A DNA stretch of 63,375 nt, filler included, from Octopus bimaculoides (taxonomy: Eukaryota), in the NCBI RefSeq assembly GCF_001194135.2. It is 5 parts of 5 records of this genome, joined end to end, with 100 filler letters (N's around TTAATTAATTAA, not from the genome) between each part and the next. Parts side by side here need not be neighbours in the genome. Positions count along the whole stretch, not along the records: positions 38,083 to 61,708 come from NC_068986.1; positions 61,809 to 63,375 come from NC_068982.1; 3 more parts are not named here. One strand, 5' to 3'. Under the pieces are notes generated by a model, which saw only the letters and a program-made list of their open reading frames with translations, ran no database searches and was not told the origin of the DNA. Positions 60,230 to 63,375 of the stretch are shown here, piece after piece. Both the position numbers and the translations under genes were made by a program. Every line of letters begins with the position of its first letter. Positions within the stretch are counted from its first letter, which is position 1.

Positions 60230-61027
60230 NNNNNNNNNNNNNNNNNNNNNNNNNNNNNNNNNNNNNNNNNNNNNNNNNNNNNNNNNNNNNNNNNNNNNNN
60301 NNNNNNNNNNNNNNNNNNNNNNNNNNNNNNNNNNNNNNNNNNNNNNNNNNNNNNNNNNNNNNNNNNNNNNNNNNNNNNNNNNNNNNNNNNNNNNNNNNNN
60401 NNNNNNNNNNNNNNNNNNNNNNNNNNNNNNNNNNNNNNNNNNNNNNNNNNNNNNNNNNNNNNNNNNNNNNNNNNNNNNNNNNNNNNNNNNNNNNNNNNNN
60501 NNNNNNNNNNNNNNNNNNNNNNNNNNNNNNNNNNNNNNNNNNNNNNNNNNNNNNNNNNNNNNNNNNNNNNNNNNNNNNNNNNNNNNNNNNNNNNNNNNNN
60601 NNNNNNNNNNNNNNNNNNNNNNNNNNNNNNNNNNNNNNNNNNNNNNNNNNNNNNNNNNNNNNNNNNNNNNNNNNNNNNNNNNNNNNNNNNNNNNNNNNNN
60701 NNNNNNNNNNNNNNNNNNNNNNNNNNNNNNNNNNNNNNNNNNNNNNNNNNNNNNNNNNNNNNNNNNNNNNNNNNNNNNNNNNNNNNNNNNNNNNNNNNNN
60801 NNNNNNNNNNNNNNNNNNNNNNNNNNNNNNNNNNNNNNNNNNNNNNNNNNNNNNNNNNNNNNNNNNNNNNNNNNNNNNNNNNNNNNNNNNNNNNNNNNNN
60901 NNNNNNNNNNNNNNNNNNNNNTATTTTTATGTTTTTTGATTTATTAGATTTATTATTAGTGTTGCTTAATGTTTTGCTAAAATTACTGGGGGTTTTTTTC
61001 AGATATCATCAGAAAAAGGTAATTAAA

Positions 61028-61708
61028 ATGAAAGATCTATCGGACTTTCAAAGAGGTCAAATTGTTGGTGCTCGTATGGCAAGCGCTAGCGTAACGTAAA
61101 CAGCCGAAATGTTTGGTGTATCAAGAAGTACTGTCTCGAAAGTAATGACAGCCTTTGAGAAAGAGCGAAAAACCTCCTCGTCGAAACAAAACTCCGGAAG
61201 AAAACCAAAACTTTCTGATAGGGGCTGTCGCACTCTTACGTAAATTGTTAGAAAGGATCACAAAAGTACAGCTACCAGATTTACTGCAGGGCTTAATGGC
61301 CACCTCAAGAACCCAGTTACCACAAAAACTGTTCGCACAAAGCCGGATTTCATGAGAGGGCTGCAATCAGAAAACCGCTACTTTCAAAAACAAAGGTTGC
61401 AAGGCGTTTAGAGTGGAGCAAAAACCTACAGAATTGGTCCCTGGAGCAGTGGGAAAATGTTATTTTCTCGGGCGAGTCATCCTTTACCTTATTTCCGACC
61501 ATCGGCCGAGTATACGTGTGGAGATAGCCAAAAGATGTATTTGACCCAGGCTGTCTTCTTCCAACTGTTAAATATGGAGGAGGATCTGTGATGATCTGGG
61601 GGTGGGGGTGCTATATTTTGGAAATCCGCAGGCCCAATGGTATCACTTCATGGCAGAATTAATAGTCAAGACTATTTAAGCATTTTATCTGATCAAATTC
61701 ATCTTATG
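61028..61708 (+). pseudogene. Tc1-family transposase pseudogene (HTH + start of DDE)
   Basis: MKDLSDFQRGQIVGARM...GVSRSTVSKV...SGRKPKLS...WENVIFSGESSF...PTVKYGGGSVMIWG. Premature stops; truncated by the spacer. Confidence 0.9.
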
Positions 61709-61808
61709 NNNNNNNNNNNNNNNNNNNNNNNNNNNNNNNNNNNNNNNNNNNNTTAATTAATTAANNNNNNNNNNNNNNNNNNNNNNNNNNNNNNNNNNNN
61801 NNNNNNNN
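61709..61808. other. Artificial scaffold spacer
   Basis: Same 44+12+44 layout. Confidence 0.93.
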
Positions 61809-62759
61809 TGTTAAGGGTGAACAATAAAAGATTTACTCAGCCACATGGTATTATTTAGAGAGAGAGAGAGAAACACACACACACACATACACATGTAAGA
61901 CGTGTGTGTATATTACCATTAAATATATTGATCGAAAATCTCTACTATTCGACGTATTCAATCGTAAGTGGTATTACATATGCATATAGACACAAGGAGC
62001 ATGGTGCCAGCTAAAATCTATAGATATATTCTGAAGTACGGCAATAGTGACACAAAACACATTTAGCGCAAAAGTAATTTATTAATACTTATTTTTTTTT
62101 GGATGTCCCAACTCGGTGCTCAGTCGCCGTTTAAAACAGTTTTTGTGTTCCAACAAACGTTAAATTCTAATAAACGTTAAAGCGCGCGGTGTGTAACAGA
62201 AAACCCGTGTGTGTTCGCGCGCACGTGTATTTTCATGTATGCATATAAATATATATGGAAATATACATATTTGTATACACATGAGTATGAATGAAAAACA
62301 TATTATAATTTTAGGTATGTATTATATGCACATGCATGTACATCAAACATTTTCATACACATGTGTATTCATACAAATATATATTCATATACATATTAAC
62401 AACATTCATGTATGTATTTTTACACACGGGTTTGTATATTTTTGTACATGCATTTATAACTTGGATGGACGGACGGACAGACAGACAGATTTGTACATAC
62501 ACATATACATACATACATTGCTAGATATATTGATAGACAGATAAACTGATTTGTACATATATATTAATTGAAGTGCATAGCCTTATATGCATTACAGCCG
62601 ATATTGCAGATGTGTTCATTCAACCGCTCTGGTATTGGTGCCATTTCATAAGTGTAAGGTGGTTAGCGATAGGAAGTGCATCCAGCTGTAGAAACATCCG
62701 AATGACATATACGACGATCAGCGATAGATTCCAATAATTGACTCCGACTGTGACGAACA

Positions 62760-63088
62760 CAATAATCCATGTTAGCATAATGACGATATTCGTGTAAATA
62801 CATACATGCATATACAGATATACACACACATCACGCACACACACACACACGCACACACACACACACGCGCACATATGCGCGTACACATGCACACGCATAC
62901 ACACACATACATACATGCATACGTACACACATATATATGTGTGTATGTATATATATATATGCATATATGTATGTATATATATGTGTATATATACATATGA
63001 ATATATATTTATACATATATGTATATTTGTATGTATATATGTATGCGTATGTATATATATGTGTATATATGTATATGTATATATATAA

Positions 63089-63162
<74 letters not shown>

Positions 63163-63375
63163 ATGTACGTATATATGTGTTTATTATGTATGTATATATA
63201 TGTATATGTACGTATATATGTGTTTATTATGTATGTATATATATATATGTGTGTGTGTGTATGTATGTGTGTGTGTATATATATATGTGTGTATATGTAT
63301 ATGTGTGTGTATATATATATATATGTATATATATATATAGATATATGTATATGTGTATATATATGTATATGTATA
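62760..63375. repeat. Compound (CA)/(TA)/(TATG) low-complexity tract
   Basis: Directly visible. Confidence 0.95.

Noticed and set aside
60990-61025. ttttcAG...AAAG|gtaatt as the next SANBR exon
   Set aside because: It lies in the 5' leader of the Tc1 relic and does not encode the expected sequence.

Overview
Eukaryotic, AT-rich, repeat-dense animal DNA. The SINE families and microsatellite load look like an octopus/coleoid cephalopod draft assembly (inference). About a sixth of the window is N gaps. Four identical 100-bp spacers (44 N + TTAATTAATTAA + 44 N) split it into five scaffold pieces whose adjacency is not guaranteed. One host gene is well supported: the 5' part of a SANBR/KIAA1841 homolog on the + strand (exons 28902-29193, 30192-30360, 33837-33877, 35910-36098/36104; SANT-like N-terminus and start of the BTB-like DUF3342 domain). 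Its 3' exons are not recognisable beyond the spacer at ~38000. The rest is mostly decayed mobile DNA: a near-full-length Penelope-like element (RT + GIY-YIG) with an inverted 5' pseudo-LTR, two further Penelope-type inverted-repeat elements, R4/Dong-like, RTE and Jockey/CR1-like LINE fragments, mariner, maT (DD37D) and Tc1 relics, hAT and piggyBac MITEs, and four tRNA-derived SINE families. The most interesting signals are three unrelated minimal hammerhead-ribozyme families, an RLE-type LINE apparently targeting (CATA)n microsatellites, a recurrent dimeric SINE, and several unexplained fold-backs. No rRNA, true tRNA, CRISPR or prokaryotic system is supported. TE boundaries are approximate; exon, TSD and ribozyme coordinates were counted by hand.
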